DNA of 63,944 bases, filler included, from Octopus bimaculoides (lineage: Eukaryota), in the NCBI RefSeq assembly GCF_001194135.2. It is 5 parts of 5 records of this genome, joined end to end, with 100 filler letters (N's around TTAATTAATTAA, not from the genome) between each part and the next. Parts side by side here need not be neighbours in the genome. Positions count along the whole stretch, not along the records: positions 61,752 to 63,944 come from NC_068999.1; 4 more parts are not named here. The stretch is one strand, 5' to 3'. This document shows positions 62,521-63,944 of this stretch, one piece after another. The notes below the pieces were generated by a model. The model did no database searches, was not told the DNA's origin, and saw only the letters and a list, made by a program, of their open reading frames with translations. Position 1 is the first letter of the stretch, and each line of letters opens with the position of its first letter. The position numbers and the translations under genes are program-made.

Positions 62521-63897
62521 TTCTTTTTAAAAATAAGTTTATAATTGTTTGCTTAGAAGCTTTTTTTCGCTCTTTATAAATTTCGGTAATTTCTTGGTGA
62601 CACGCAAAATTTGGATCTTGAAATCGTAATCTCCGATATCGAAAACAGGAATCTGAAGAAATTTTGCAAAAAAAAAAGGGGGGGATGTAGGGGTGTTCGC
62701 ACCCGCCCAGCAAGAAATTAATAAGAGATAGAAGAATGAGTATAACACAAACTACGAATAATTTATATCAACAACTTCATTTTACTTAACGATTCAATCT
62801 CATAAGTTACAAGTTCCTTTTTTTCATATCTTTAAATGAAGAAAAATGACACATGAAAGCGACAAAAGTAAAAAATATACTCTCGATAGAATACCTAAAT
62901 AATGTACTATATTTCATTTCCACGAAAGTGAAACTTATGTCAACCTCGAGATCGCCATGAAAAAGAATAAGACGATAAAATAAAACGCATTTAACACTAT
63001 ACTGATGATTAACTAACATTTGTTTACCCGCCTCTTTTCTTAAATACAGCTTGTTTCACTTAGTCTCCCATCAATTATGTTCAACATTCGAGATATCGCC
63101 TATGTCTATTTATGAATGTATGTGTACATATATATGTTTATATGTTTTGCGAAAAATTGAGCAAGTTTCACTTTAGCCGATTTTGGAGAACATAAACGCA
63201 TCAATACTGATCGAAAAATTGATATCTAATACTTGTAATTCATCGCGTAAGATTGGTGCGAAAAGTCATCTTTTACTCTGGTGCGACAGTAACTTCAAAA
63301 TGAAAACACTTGAAAACATTTCAAGTATCTATTTTTACGTTTAAAATTTTATACTGAATTTATCTAAATTATGGCGATTTAACAATCTGGTAGTAATAGC
63401 TACGCGGTTTTGTTACTAAAAGAAAAGTGGAACAGTTACCTAGAAATTACTTTAAAAATATAAACTTCTAAAACAGGAAACAATCTCACAACTGTTGACA
63501 AGCAAATGTCAATAAGTACAATAAATAATACAGGACGAATTATGTCTAAGTAAAACAACGCTTTCTTAGACCATTAACAAAAATGTTCATACCTGTCAAT
63601 CGGCAGTTGGAGTAAAGCTGTGAACTGAAAACACAGTCCAAAACGAATGACGAGGTCTGTGGTTATAAAAAGTGATAATGTGTTAAAAGTGAAAGTAAAG
63701 TTTCCCGGAACTGCCTTTCTCGGAATTTACATTCATTGGAGAATATATTATATGTCATAACACGTGATACGCCCATTTATGGTTTGTGAGTGCATAGAGA
63801 AGCACACGCGCGTAGAAATACACACACACACACACACATAGTGCATATATATACACACACACACACGCACGCACATACATATGTGTATATATATGTA

Positions 63898-63944
<47 letters not shown>

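Noticed and set aside
26-63019. Most ORF-track entries (poly-VC, YI, SL, ER, HT, IYLS, poly-N/K/M/X)
   Set aside because: They are translations of microsatellites or N-gaps.

Overview
This is an AT-rich, gap-containing eukaryotic window with no recognisable host protein-coding gene. It consists almost entirely of microsatellites and transposable-element debris. The two abundant tRNA-derived SINE families resemble the octopus OK and OR SINEs, so the source is inferred to be an octopod cephalopod. Nearly all ORFs in the supplied track are artefacts of simple repeats or N-gaps. Elements decoded by hand are: a CR1/L2-type LINE endonuclease split by a SINE with a perfect 20-bp TSD; DD37D (maT) Tc1/mariner remnants; a Penelope RT; three Penelope-type minimal hammerhead ribozyme motifs; several Tx1/L1-clade LINE fragments; Dong/R4 LINE fragments in (TAA)n; a Merlin transposon with TIRs; a 91-bp mini-Helitron; and three foldback elements. 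One Tx1 fragment is an ORF1-only internal-deletion derivative that shares its 3' tail with the OK SINE. The most unusual structures are a 238-bp GG-ended, 8-bp-TSD MITE built from head-to-head telomeric repeats (61911-62148), a 352-bp foldback whose arms each carry an outward-facing tRNA-like B-box unit (47134-47485), and a 14-mer/17-mer minisatellite carrying 11 CACCTG E-boxes (20894-21062). Four identical N44-TTAATTAATTAA-N44 linkers are assembly artefacts, so the window is five joined pieces whose adjacency is not guaranteed. All protein assignments come from manual translation and motif recall, not database searches.
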